In this document: one piece after another, positions 1 through 9,665 of the stretch | Layout: every line of letters starts with the position of its first letter | Position numbering within the stretch: the stretch's first letter is position 1 | Notes under the pieces: generated by a model | Seen by the model: only the letters and a program-made list of their open reading frames with translations | Told to the model about the DNA's origin: nothing | Databases searched by the model: none | Position numbers and translations under genes: made by a program | Origin: an uncultured Verrucomicrobiae bacterium | GTDB taxonomy: Bacteria > Verrucomicrobiota > Verrucomicrobiia > Chthoniobacterales > JAFAMB01 | Length of the DNA: 64,000 bases | NCBI GenBank assembly: GCA_963837955.1 | Contig: CAWIPH010000002.1 | Span: forward strand, 4,544,001-4,608,000 | Direction: 5' to 3'

Positions 1-83
1 CCTGGGGTAGCAAAGGAAGCAAAGGTCGGACGATCTCCAGTTTTTGAATTCCGGCTTCTCACCAATTTGTCATTTGTCATTTG

Positions 84-989
84 TCATGCGCTTCGCCGTT
101 TGAGGGCTTCTAATTCTTCCGGAGTGCGCGGCCACTCCGATCCCAATAGCCGAGACAGACTGCGATCGGCCAAGACTTTTCCACCGGTCTGGCATCGGGC
201 ACAGTAGTTTGTCTCGTTGTCGGCGTAGCGAATCCGCAGAACCTTTTCACCACATCGCGGGCACGGTTCACCGTAACGGCCATGGACTGCCATGCCTTTA
301 TGAAACGCAGTGACGTTTTCAGGAAACCCAGTGCCAGCTTCGGTTTGCAGGCGATCCACCCATTGCTCAAGCGTCCCACGCGCGCTCGTGAAAAGCTGTT
401 GCCACTCATCCGGCCTAAGTTTGTGGGTTTGCGTAACGGGTGATAGTTGAGCTGCGTGCAGGATCTCATCTGAATATGCGTTGCCGATACCGCTCACTAA
501 GCGGGGATCAGTCAGGGCTCGCTTGAGCGTGCGGTTTTCCGCCATGAGTGCGCTGCGAAAAGACTCGAGATCGCTAGTCAATATATCGATTCCTCCCGGG
601 TCCATGGAGCGCAGGCTTTCTTCGCCACTTAGAAGGTGCAACGATGCACGACGTTTGGTGCCGGCTTCGGTCAGCGAGAGAGAACCATTGGGAAAGTCGA
701 AGGCCGCAAGATTGTTGCGGCCGGCTAACCGAATCTCTGGTGGTCGCCAGTGGAGCCGGCCCGCGATCATCAAATGAAGCACCAGCCAGAGATCGTTCTC
801 CACTCCGATCACGATTCGTTTGCCGATTCGCCGCAGTTCGCGAACAACCCGGCCCTCCACTTGGCTAATCGGCGGTTGGGCGCTTCGAACTAGAAAAGTA
901 CTCGCCACTCGAACCCGAATGAGTCGTTGACCGACTAAGCGTGATTCGAGGGCTTTAATATAGGTGACGATATCCGGCAGTTCCGGCAT
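84..989 (-). CDS. Fpg/Nei family DNA glycosylase/AP lyase
   Basis: N-terminal PELPD motif, H2TH motif (GIGNAYSDEILH), C-terminal zinc finger CPRC...CARC. Confidence 0.92.
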   Translation of the reverse strand: MPELPDIVTYIKALESRLVGQRLIRVRVASTFLVRSAQPPISQVEGRVVRELRRIGKRIVIGVENDLWLVLHLMIAGRLHWRPPEIRLAGRNNLAAFDFPNGSLSLTEAGTKRRASLHLLSGEESLRSMDPGGIDILTSDLESFRSALMAENRTLKRALTDPRLVSGIGNAYSDEILHAAQLSPVTQTHKLRPDEWQQLFTSARGTLEQWVDRLQTEAGTGFPENVTAFHKGMAVHGRYGEPCPRCGEKVLRIRYADNETNYCARCQTGGKVLADRSLSRLLGSEWPRTPEELEALKRRSA

Positions 990-1191
990 GACAAATAGCA
1001 GATAGCGGAAGAAATGCGGATTGCGGAATGCGGATTGCGGAATGTCGCTGAATCAGGAAGCCAGAAGCCGCTACCCGTTCGGCTAAGCACAGGTCAAAGC
1101 CTTTGCTAACTTCTGTTCAAGGATCTTCTTTATCGACTCCCAGTGAGCGTATTTCTGCGATCTCGCGATTTGATCAACTTCTTGCGCTCCT

Positions 1192-1252
1192 TCCTCCTTC
1201 GCTAAAGCTTTCGCCGTCACTAAGCCTATGGCGGACAAGTCGGCGGGACAAG
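1192..1252 (+). mobile_element. Hairpin micro-element with a second copy nested inside it (1210-1239), inserted in a REP-like repeat
   Basis: Removing TCCTCCTTCGC...GGGACAAG restores GCGCTCCT|TCAGGGCG, matching the empty site at ~2191-2206. Confidence 0.6.
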
Positions 1253-1408
1253 TCAGGGCGCTCGCTTTTTTTTGGAAACTAACCCAGGGTTCCGCAATCC
1301 GCATTCCGCGTTCTCTGCTTAGCGATTGACCGTTCCGGCCGGACCAGAGTAACAAATCTAACAACCTCCAGACCCGCTTCAGCGGAGGTCAGTCCTGAAA
1401 AGATCATT

Positions 1409-1993
1409 ATGAACTGGTGGAAAAAAGCATTTGAGATCGCTCTCTGGAAGAGTCGGTTGATTGTGGTGCTCGCAGTGTTTCCCAGCATTATCGCTGGGAT
1501 CGCCTTGTTCTGCATCATCGCCATCGAGTCTTTCCGGGTTCTGGGCGACCTCATGCATTACCTGGACCCGACACTGGCTCTGGACCAAAGAGATGCGCTG
1601 CTCAAGCAAAGCATCTTGCGGATGATCTCAGCCATCGATGGTTATCTGCTAGGCGCGTTTATGTTGATCTTCGGCTTTGGATTATATGAACTTTTCCTGG
1701 CCGACCTGCAGGAAGCTCGTTTATCTCAAACGGCCGGCCGAATTCTTCGGATCAGATCGCTGGATGATCTCAAGACTCGTCTGGCAAAAGTTATTCTGAT
1801 CATTCTGATCGTTGAGACATTCAAAGATGCTCTCGGAATCAAGGCGCAAACGCCGCTCGATCTGCTTTACGTTGGCGCGACCATCGCGCTTATCGGCCTC
1901 GCCCTTTATCTGACCCATGGAGCCGATTCGGAGAAGAACCCGGAAAAAAGGGATCTCACGCCAAGCCGCAAAGACGCCGAGAATGACGACTGA
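1409..1993 (+). CDS. YqhA/UPF0114 family membrane protein
   Basis: Four TM segments; IFGFGLYELF and SLDDLKTRLAKVI motifs. Confidence 0.85.
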   Translation: MNWWKKAFEIALWKSRLIVVLAVFPSIIAGIALFCIIAIESFRVLGDLMHYLDPTLALDQRDALLKQSILRMISAIDGYLLGAFMLIFGFGLYELFLADLQEARLSQTAGRILRIRSLDDLKTRLAKVILIILIVETFKDALGIKAQTPLDLLYVGATIALIGLALYLTHGADSEKNPEKRDLTPSRKDAENDD

Positions 1994-2185
1994 TGGGGCG
2001 AGCCTCCGGGCGAAGCGCATGACAAAAGACAAAGAGGCAGAATTCAGAATCTGGAATTTAGAATCTAGAATGTTCTGAACCTTTGCTTACCGTTCGGCTG
2101 AGCTCAGGTCGAAGCCTTTGCTACCTTCTGTTCAAAAAATCTTCTACCGACTTCGTGTGCACGTGTTTTACGCGATCGCGGCCCT

Positions 2186-2283
2186 TTCTTGCGCTCCTTC
2201 AGAGCGATACGCTTTATTGGGACCTAACCCAGGGTTGCGCAAAGCCTCCACCCTGGGCTGAGTCTTGTTGCGCCTTCGGCGTA
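2186..2283. repeat. REP-like palindromic repeat (ACCCAGGGT...AAAGCCTCCACCCTGGGCTGAGTC...CGCCTTYGGCGT); other copies at ~1179-1293, 5508-5603, 32738-32831, 44566-44681, 51050-51280
   Basis: Near-identical dispersed copies with an internal CCCAGGGT/ACCCTGGG stem. Confidence 0.85.
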
Positions 2284-2529
2284 TTTGTCATCTGTCATTT
2301 GTCATCAGCATTTGCTACCTGCTATTTGCTATTTGTCATGCGCTTCGCCGGCATCCGTCCGTATCCCCGTGCCTACCTATTCTAAATTCCAACTTCTAGA
2401 TTCTAGGTCCCATCCTTTGCGCCTTGGCGTCTTTGCGTGAGGTTTTTCTTCAGTCTTTGACCCTTCGAGGACGAGGACGATTCTCTGGCTATTTGCTATC
2501 TGCTATCTGCTATCTGCTATGCGCTCCGC

Positions 2530-2829
2530 CTAGCCGCCCGCCATGGCGCCGATAATGAGGAACGGTTCGACGCCAGATAGGACTTCGCCAGGTAACGGGG
2601 TCTCGGGTGGTTCGTGCGAAAGATCTTCTTTGCAGGCGTAGAATCTGACGAACGGGCGACGGCGTAATGTGTTGCGATCGCGGATGGCTCCGCGAAGTAC
2701 CGGATATCGCGCTTCGAGAGCGTCGAGGACCGAACCCAGCGTAGTCGGTTCCTCCAGTTCCAGTCGCACATCACCGTCCACGCGCGCCAGCGTACGCAGA
2801 TGATAAGGGAGCCCTACTCGGATGGTCAT
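2530..2829 (-). CDS. MoaD/ThiS family ubiquitin-like protein
   Basis: 99 aa with C-terminal AMAGG; start ATG at 2829 overlaps the upstream stop (ATGA). Confidence 0.88.
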   Translation of the reverse strand: MTIRVGLPYHLRTLARVDGDVRLELEEPTTLGSVLDALEARYPVLRGAIRDRNTLRRRPFVRFYACKEDLSHEPPETPLPGEVLSGVEPFLIIGAMAGG

Positions 2830-3941
2830 TGCAAAGTCTGAACTTCGACAGATAAAACCGCCGGGAGATCGCGCACAATGGGGTTCCAACTGTCGCCGTT
2901 GTCGGCTGAAGCATAAACCTGCCCGCCGGTGGTTCCGAAATACACACCGCAAGGCTCGAGCGAGTCAACCGCCATCGCGTCTCGCAAGACGTTAACGTAG
3001 CAATCCTTTTGCGGCAGACCTTTGGTGAGCGGTTCCCATTCGTTGCCGCCGGTCCGGCTCCGATACACCCGCAGCTTGGCGTCCGGCGGAAAATGCTCTG
3101 AATCGCTCTTGATCGGGACAACATAGATCGTTTCCGGCTCATGAGCGTGAACCTGAATCGGGAAACCGAAATCTGAGGGCAGATCGCCGCTGACCTCCTG
3201 CCAGGATTCGCCGGCGTTGTCACTCCGCATGACGTCCCAATGCTTCTGCATGAACAAGACGTCGGAACGAGATGGATGCATCGCGATCCGATGAACACAA
3301 TGTCCAACTTGCGCGTCCGGGTCAGGCAATTCGAACGGTGATTTCAGACCGGCATTAGCCGGCTGCCACGTTTTGCCTTCGTCATCAGTGCGGAAAGCAC
3401 CGGCCGCAGAGATGGCAACGAACATTCGACCAGGTCGTTCGGGAGCAAGAACGATCGTGTGCAGACACATCCCGCCTGCCCCGGGCTGCCAAAGGTTGCC
3501 CTTGGCACTGCGCAATCCGGGAAGCTCCTGCCACGTCTTGCCGCCGTCCACCGTCTTGAACAGCGCCGCGTCTTCTACTCCCGCGTAAACGGTGTTTGGA
3601 TCGTTCAAAGACGGTTCGAGATGCCAGACCCGCTTGAACTCCCACGGATGTTGTGTGCCATCGTACCACTGGTGAGTTCCGGGAACACCGTCATAATTGA
3701 ATTCGTTGCCGGTTGTTTCCCAGGTTTTTCCGCCGTTATCCGAGCGCTGCATCACCTGGCCGAACCAGCCGCTGGTCTGCGACGCGTACAAACGATCCGA
3801 GTCAGCGGGCGAGCCTTTAACGTGATAAATCTCCCAACCCGCAAAGTGCGGTCCGTTGACTTCCCACCGGCCGCGTTCCCCATCAGCCGTCAGAATGAAT
3901 GCACCTTTCCTGGTGCCGACCAATACTCGTACTTTGCTCAT
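2826..3941 (-). CDS. BNR/Asp-box repeat beta-propeller protein (sialidase-like fold)
   Basis: Multiple S/T-x-D-x-G-x-T/S-W Asp boxes ([35 protein letters not shown]). Confidence 0.88.
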   Translation of the reverse strand: MSKVRVLVGTRKGAFILTADGERGRWEVNGPHFAGWEIYHVKGSPADSDRLYASQTSGWFGQVMQRSDNGGKTWETTGNEFNYDGVPGTHQWYDGTQHPWEFKRVWHLEPSLNDPNTVYAGVEDAALFKTVDGGKTWQELPGLRSAKGNLWQPGAGGMCLHTIVLAPERPGRMFVAISAAGAFRTDDEGKTWQPANAGLKSPFELPDPDAQVGHCVHRIAMHPSRSDVLFMQKHWDVMRSDNAGESWQEVSGDLPSDFGFPIQVHAHEPETIYVVPIKSDSEHFPPDAKLRVYRSRTGGNEWEPLTKGLPQKDCYVNVLRDAMAVDSLEPCGVYFGTTGGQVYASADNGDSWNPIVRDLPAVLSVEVQTLQ

Positions 3942-3999
3942 ATTGTTGTTCGCTCAAATGATATGACGAACGAGCAGCCGAAATCAGGACTTTTGTTTT

Positions 4000-4087
4000 A
4001 AAATCTCACGCAAAGACGCAGCGCCCGGTAGGGCTGAGCTCCTGCTCGGCCGGAATTAATCTCACGCAAAGACGCCAAGACGCAAAG
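4000..4087 (+). repeat. Composite terminal repeat: TCTCACGCAAAGACGC + CGGTAGGGCTGAGCTCCTGCTCGGCCGGAA + TCTCACGCAAAGACGC; inverted partner at 5672-5751
   Basis: The reverse complement of 5672-5751 aligns to this stretch over ~80 bp. Confidence 0.85.
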
Positions 4088-4140
4088 GGGGAGAGGGGAA
4101 GTGATTGGTGAACGGTGAACGCTCCGACCTGCGGTAGATC

Positions 4141-4216
4141 TGCTATCTGCTATCTGCTATCTGCTATCTGCTATCTGCTATCTGCTATCTGCTATCTGCT
4201 ATCTGCTATCTGCTAT
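4141..4216. repeat. Heptamer tandem array (TGCTATC)x10 plus a partial unit, ending in GCGCTTCGCC
   Basis: Read directly; the same family occurs at ~993, 2310, 2487, 15852, 19057, 25875, 29350, 30748, 37860, 42960, 47220, 51128. Confidence 0.95.
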
Positions 4217-4281
4217 GCGCTTCGCCGGTCATTTGTCATGCGCTCCGCCCGCTATCTGCTATTTGCTATGCGTTTCGCCCG

Positions 4282-4761
4282 TCATGCGCTTCGCCAGGAT
4301 TGTCGTAGGTCGAGCGACATGAAGACACTGTTCGGGTCGAGCACATAGTCGGCGAACGGCGGGCATTCAACGAAGCCATGGCTCCGGTAAAATGCGTGGG
4401 CAGGCCGAAAATATTCCCACGAGCCTGTCTCGAGGCTGAGGCGCGACATGCCGCTTACTCGCGCGGTCGCGATGATGTGGCGCAGCATTGCGCTTCCCGC
4501 TCCCCTTCCGCGCTTGGACTGAGCGGTATGCATCGACTTGACCTCACCATGATCGGCCGAAAGTCGCTTCAGCGCGCCGATCCCCAAGAGTGTTTCATCG
4601 TCCCAGATCGTCCAAAAATTGATGTCGGGCGATCGCAGCCCGGTGAGGTCCAAGGCGTGCGCGCTGCCCGGGGCCGTTTCCGCTCGGGCACTGGTCAGAT
4701 GAGTATGGAGGAGATCGACCACGCGCGGGTCGCGCAGGTCGCCTTCGACGATCCGCATCAT
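4282..4761 (-). CDS. GNAT family N-acetyltransferase (YedL/YsnE-like)
   Basis: HGEVKSMHT, RGRGAGSAML acetyl-CoA motif, LSLETGS, FYRSHGF. Confidence 0.9.
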   Translation of the reverse strand: MMRIVEGDLRDPRVVDLLHTHLTSARAETAPGSAHALDLTGLRSPDINFWTIWDDETLLGIGALKRLSADHGEVKSMHTAQSKRGRGAGSAMLRHIIATARVSGMSRLSLETGSWEYFRPAHAFYRSHGFVECPPFADYVLDPNSVFMSLDLRQSWRSA

Positions 4762-5014
4762 GGCTGGCTTCTCCCTATCACCTCACAATGCTACCGGCAA
4801 CGTGCTTGCGGCCGAAGTTATTCGCGGCCACGGAATACGGAATACGAAATGCGGATTGCGGATTGCGGATTGCGGATTGCGGAATCGTCAGGCCCTCTAC
4901 TTTAAGGCGGTAATGGTTTACTAATAAGCCCGCGAAGAGACTTCATTTTTTGATGCACCGAGTATTTACAGAGGAGGTCCTCACAACGATGTTAAGTTGA
5001 ACAGGAGAACCACA

Positions 5015-5239
5015 ATGAAAGCGGATTCAGCGCTCGTAATGAGCTTCTTCAAAAACGAGGTTCCTGCTGGCAGCGTACGGATCAATCTGAAATGGCCAGA
5101 TAAACACGAAGTCACCGACTTCAAGTTGGACCGGTTGGGCGAAATGGTGACCTGCGAGACGGAGACTGATCAAACAGGATGGGTGATCGTCAAACGTCGT
5201 GCCAACGTATCCGTCGGAGACAAGATTCCTTTGCTGTAA
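5015..5239 (+). CDS. Small hypothetical protein (74 aa)
   Basis: AGGAG RBS upstream of ATG 5015; plausible beta-rich composition; no family recognised. Confidence 0.55.
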   Translation: MKADSALVMSFFKNEVPAGSVRINLKWPDKHEVTDFKLDRLGEMVTCETETDQTGWVIVKRRANVSVGDKIPLL

Positions 5240-5761
5240 GCAGGGTAACATGAAGTGAGAGGTGATTGGTGAGCGGATCGACGTGAGTCCTAAATGGGGT
5301 CACGTCTAAAACAGTAAATAGCCGCAAAAGAACACAAAGAGCACAGAGAATTCCACCGTTTGGCGGAGCGTTCGACCGAGCTCACACCAAGGTCGAAGGC
5401 CCTTTGCTTCCTTCTGTTCAAAATCCGTCTTCGCGCTGCAGCAATTCGCCAGTTTCATCTTTGGTTGGCTACGCCGTGCTGCGATCTTCAGTGGAAAATA
5501 TCTTCCCTCTTGCGCTCTTGCAGAGCGGGCTCGCTTTTTTTGGTTAACCCAGGGTTCCGCAAAGCCTCCACCCTGGGCTGAGTCCTGTTACGCCTTTGGC
5601 GTATTTGTCATCTGTCATCAGCTCTTGCTATCTGCCATTTGTTATCTAAAACCATTATCCCTTCGTCTTAACTTTGCGTCTTTGCGTCTTTGCGTGAGAT
5701 ATTTCCGGCCGAGCGGGAGCTCAGCCCTACCGCGTCTTTGCGTGAGATTTTGTGCTGTTTG

Positions 5762-6799
5762 TCAGCGCTTCGCCCGCGGCGCGGCGGTGCTTTTGCGGAT
5801 CATTAGCTCTGGGCGAAATGCTCGGCGGAGTACGGCGTCCGGGGTGCCACGGATTCGGGCGAACAGGATATCTAGGCTTTCGCGGGCCATGACGTCGAAG
5901 TCTGAGGTGGCCGTGGTTAACGGCGGATTAAAGAAACGACCCTCGGGCATGTTGTCAAAACCGACCACCGAGACTTCGGCGGGGACCTCGATCCCGGCCT
6001 CATGCAATGCCAGTAGAGCGCCCATCGCAATCAAATCGTTCGCGGCGAAAATCGCGGTAAATTTTCCGGCTGAGGTTTTGATCAGTTCTTTGGTTGCATC
6101 GTAACCGCCGTCCGGTGTCCACGGAGTGTGCATAGCGGGACCAGGCTTAAGACCGGCTGCCTGGAGCTCGGCCAGCCATCCTTTTCGTCTGAGCTTCGAG
6201 CTTCGATACAGCTGGTAGCCGAGGAGTCCGGCGATCCGGGTGTGGCCGAGCGAAATCAAGTGACGGGTGGCTAACCTGGCTCCGCGAATATGGTCTACCC
6301 GAAACGACGGGAATAGGTCACCACCGTCGATGTCGAGCGTGACAAACGGTATATTTCCCATGGCGGCCGCCAGCTCCCGTTTATCGATTTCGACGGGAAC
6401 GTCGACGATGAGTCCTTCCGCTGAGTTTGCGATCAGTTGTTCAGCTCCGGTCTTGGCTTCGGCAATGGTCAGACTCCGCAGCCCGAAGATCATGAGCGTA
6501 TAACCATGTAATCGAGCTTCCTGTTCGAGACTGAGAATGGCATGAGCCGGCCCATAAACTCCTGGATCATCTGTTACCAGTCCGATCAACGTCGAACGAC
6601 GATTGGCCAGAAATCTGGCCGCCGTGTTCGGCTTGTATCCCAGCGCCGCGATTGCCTCCTGTACCCGTTCCCGAGTTTCCGGCAGGACTCTGGGATGATT
6701 GTTAATGACCCGGGAGACGGTCTGTTGGGAAAGGCCGAGTACCTTGGCGACATCATTGAGAGTAGGGCGCCTGGCATCGGCTGGGGAACGATGTCTCAT
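5762..6799 (-). CDS. LacI family transcriptional regulator
   Basis: N-terminal HTH (TLNDVAKVLGLSQQTVSRVIN), YKPN hinge, sugar-binding domain (VSVVGFDN). Confidence 0.95.
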   Translation of the reverse strand: MRHRSPADARRPTLNDVAKVLGLSQQTVSRVINNHPRVLPETRERVQEAIAALGYKPNTAARFLANRRSTLIGLVTDDPGVYGPAHAILSLEQEARLHGYTLMIFGLRSLTIAEAKTGAEQLIANSAEGLIVDVPVEIDKRELAAAMGNIPFVTLDIDGGDLFPSFRVDHIRGARLATRHLISLGHTRIAGLLGYQLYRSSKLRRKGWLAELQAAGLKPGPAMHTPWTPDGGYDATKELIKTSAGKFTAIFAANDLIAMGALLALHEAGIEVPAEVSVVGFDNMPEGRFFNPPLTTATSDFDVMARESLDILFARIRGTPDAVLRRAFRPELMIRKSTAAPRAKR

Positions 6800-7003
6800 A
6801 GGTTCGATTCGAGGAGCGCCGACGGATCGCGGGGATCCGACGTCGCAGAAGCGTACGGTCGTTGAGCGTGATGCATCAAGAAGCTATGTCGGACAGGCTG
6901 CGATCCCTCCCGGTCGTAGGGTGTTTGGACCGGTCGTGGTAGGGCGTACTCGATGGTATTCAGGTGAAGAATAAGAGGCTTAAAATGATACACAACATAG
7001 CGT

Positions 7004-7032
7004 TTGACGCCACCCCATGTTTGCGCTAACAT
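7004..7032 (+). promoter_or_regulatory. Sigma70-type promoter TTGACG-N17-TAACAT overlapped by a LacI-type operator ATGTTTGCGCTAACAT (7017-7032)
   Basis: Near-perfect palindrome with central CG lying between the divergent lacI and sugar ABC genes. Confidence 0.7.
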
Positions 7033-7104
7033 GGCCGCGCTTTCCAGCCTTTTCTTTCAACCTGTTCCCCCACCCCTCAATAACCCCAGAGCTAGAAATT
7101 CATC

Positions 7105-8370
7105 GTGAAATCCACCCCCTTCTTACTGGCGACCGCCCTCGTCCTGGCGTCCAGCACCGGCTTTGCCGCCGATTCCAACACTTCAGCTAATCTACGGTTG
7201 ATGGCTTTTGGCAGTGCCGCCCAGCTTAAAGCGGTCACCAACGCCGTTGCCCGCTTCAATCAAAAGTATCCGAACGTAAAGGTGGAGATTGCCATCGACC
7301 CGATATCAAACGGTTGGGGCGATTACGTCACCCACGTTCTCTCGCAGTTCAACGCAAACAACGCCTATGATGTGTACGGGACGGCAATCGAAACGTTCCG
7401 CACATTCGAGACCCGCAACCTGTTTATTCCACTCGACGACTTCATTGCCGGGCATACGAGTTATTCCGATTTCGATCCATCCCTCTTCAAGTACGCATCT
7501 TACCAGGGCAAGACGTACTTTATCCCGATCGGATGGAACAACATCATGATCAACTACAACCGGAAGCTGTTCAAAGACGCCGGTGTTGACTTACCCAAGA
7601 CAGGTTGGACCTGGGGCGAGTTCCGCGAGATCGCCAAGAAACTAACTGTCCGCGACGGGGCCGGCAATGTGACCCAATTCGGTTACGAAGTTCCGAATCA
7701 GTTCTTTTTCGTGCAGCCGTGGTTCTTCTCGAACGGAACATCAGTCCTGAACGCGGATTGGACTGCGTCCAACATGCTTGACCCCAAGGTGGCCGAGTCC
7801 CTGCAGTTTCTCTACGATCTGATCCATGTCGACAAGGTGTCGCCCATTCCCGGTAAGGACGCGATGAACAACCAATTCATGGCTGCACAGGTCGCGATGA
7901 TCGCGCGCGGTCATTGGATCGTTGAGAACGCGATGGCGGCCAAGCTGGACATGGATATCGCTATTCCTCCGACCAAAGTAAATGACTACACGGTCATCGG
8001 GTTCGGCGGTTATGGGATCTCGAAAACGTCGAAATATCCGGACCTAGCCAAGGAACTGGTCGGCGAACTCACCAGCTTTGAAACGCAAAAGGAAGAGGGC
8101 GAAAGCGGCGGCGGCGTTCCTGGGCGGAAATCGGCGGCCGAGACCGCGACCTTCCTCGCCTACCCACCGAGCGCAGCGCTCTACTACCAGACCCTGCCGC
8201 ACACGCTACCTGTGCCATCGCCGGCCAATTTCCAGGACATCGAAAAAATCTTTATCCGCAACTACATCGCGATGATGTCGGGTGAGATCTCGATCGCAGA
8301 CGGCGTCAAGCGCGCCGATCGGGAAATGAACGAGTCGTTCAAGCGCCTCGCCGAACACCAGGCCAAGTAG
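7105..8370 (+). CDS. Carbohydrate ABC transporter substrate-binding protein
   Basis: Signal peptide; FNQKYPNVKVE and YNRKLFKDAGVD...WTWGEF motifs of SBP family 1. Confidence 0.93.
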   Translation: MKSTPFLLATALVLASSTGFAADSNTSANLRLMAFGSAAQLKAVTNAVARFNQKYPNVKVEIAIDPISNGWGDYVTHVLSQFNANNAYDVYGTAIETFRTFETRNLFIPLDDFIAGHTSYSDFDPSLFKYASYQGKTYFIPIGWNNIMINYNRKLFKDAGVDLPKTGWTWGEFREIAKKLTVRDGAGNVTQFGYEVPNQFFFVQPWFFSNGTSVLNADWTASNMLDPKVAESLQFLYDLIHVDKVSPIPGKDAMNNQFMAAQVAMIARGHWIVENAMAAKLDMDIAIPPTKVNDYTVIGFGGYGISKTSKYPDLAKELVGELTSFETQKEEGESGGGVPGRKSAAETATFLAYPPSAALYYQTLPHTLPVPSPANFQDIEKIFIRNYIAMMSGEISIADGVKRADREMNESFKRLAEHQAK

Positions 8371-8379
8371 GAACCAAAG

Positions 8380-8730
8380 TCCGCAGAGGGAATATCCGCA
8401 GATTACGCGGACGAAAGAGTAGGAATTATCCGCAGATTACGTGAATTACGCAGATTAGGATTGGCTCGGAATCAGCAAACACCAGTGAACTTTCCCAGAC
8501 TAAAGATCAGATCTGTTTTCAGCCGTAGAGGCCACACGTCCGCAGAGGAATTATCCGCAGATTACGTGAATTACGCAGATTAGGATTAGCTCGGGATCAT
8601 CAAAAATCAGTGAACTTTTCTAGACCAAAGATCAGATCTGTTTTCAGAAACTCATTGAATCTGCGTAATCTGTGTAATCTGCGGATTATCTCCTCTGTGG
8701 AATCTAGGTTAATCCGCCTAATCTGTGGAT
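8380..8730. repeat. Two 102-bp direct repeats (8421-8522, 8546-8647) carrying CCGCAGATTAC units, followed by inverted GTAATCTGCGG units (~8659-8688)
   Basis: Aligned directly by eye. Confidence 0.85.
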
Positions 8731-8756
8731 AGTTCGGAGGTTTAAGCGGAAGTACG

Positions 8757-9662
8757 ATGCAGCTTTCGGTCACGCGGACTAAATCCGATCTTGAGAAGGC
8801 GCAAACGCGGGCCGGTTACCTTTTCATCTTACCGTCGTTCGCGCTCTATGCGGTTTTTGTGCTGGCGCCGGTCATTCTTACCTTTGTGCTCAGCTTTACT
8901 TACTACGATCCGATGGCCGGATCGCGCTGGGTGGGACTGGAGAACTTTCAGCGCTTCTTCACCGGTGATCGCTCGCTGCAGATTTTTTGGAACACGCTGT
9001 GCTTTTCAATCTTCGCGGTGACAGGAAACGTCACCGTCGGACTGCTCCTCGCGCTTGCCCTCAATCGGGCGATGCCCGCGGTCCTCCTCTACCTGTTCCG
9101 GCTCGCGTATTTTCTGCCGGTGATCATAGCCGCCGCCTTCGTCTCGATCGTCTGGGGTTATTTCTACGGCGACGATCTTGGAGTTATTAACTACTACCTG
9201 ATCAGGTTCGGCATCACTCCGATCCATTGGCTGACATCGAGCCGGACGGCCATGATGTCGATCGTCATCATGGACGTCTGGAAGAATGCCGGCTTTTTCA
9301 TGATCCTCTTCATCGCGGCTCTGCAGGGCGTGCCAAAGACGATCATGGACGCTGCGATCATGGACGGCTCCTCCTACTGGCGCCGATTCTTCCGCATCGT
9401 GTTGCCATGGATCTCGCCGGTTGTCTTCTTTGCCATCGTCTATGCCTCGATCGGCGCGTTGCAGGTTTACGAATCGATCGTCATCCTGACCCGAGGCGGC
9501 CCGGGCGACGCCACGCGCTCCATGTCGATCCACATCGTCGAAGAAGCCTTTGACAGTTTCGAGATCGGCTACGCCGCTTCTGTCTCTGTCATTATGACCT
9601 TGGTTATCCTGATCATCACATCCATTCAGCTTCTCGCCTCGCGGCGCTGGGTCCGGTACTGA
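8757..9662 (+). CDS. Carbohydrate ABC transporter permease
   Basis: Six TM segments; EAA-like loop DAAIMDGSS. Confidence 0.93.
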   Translation: MQLSVTRTKSDLEKAQTRAGYLFILPSFALYAVFVLAPVILTFVLSFTYYDPMAGSRWVGLENFQRFFTGDRSLQIFWNTLCFSIFAVTGNVTVGLLLALALNRAMPAVLLYLFRLAYFLPVIIAAAFVSIVWGYFYGDDLGVINYYLIRFGITPIHWLTSSRTAMMSIVIMDVWKNAGFFMILFIAALQGVPKTIMDAAIMDGSSYWRRFFRIVLPWISPVVFFAIVYASIGALQVYESIVILTRGGPGDATRSMSIHIVEEAFDSFEIGYAASVSVIMTLVILIITSIQLLASRRWVRY

Positions 9663-9665
9663 GCC

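Noticed and set aside
4115..4348. ORFs containing LSAICYLL, LCVFA or TQRRKDAK peptides (also 2083-2385, 5625-6104, 15583-15962, 30717-31031, 37643-37908, 51087-51401)
   Set aside because: They are translations of the intergenic heptamer/octamer arrays with no independent coding evidence.
8380..8730. Possible CRISPR array (also considered 18113-18331 and the micro-element family)
   Set aside because: No run of equal-length repeats separated by unique spacers, copies are dispersed or simple duplications, and no cas genes are present.
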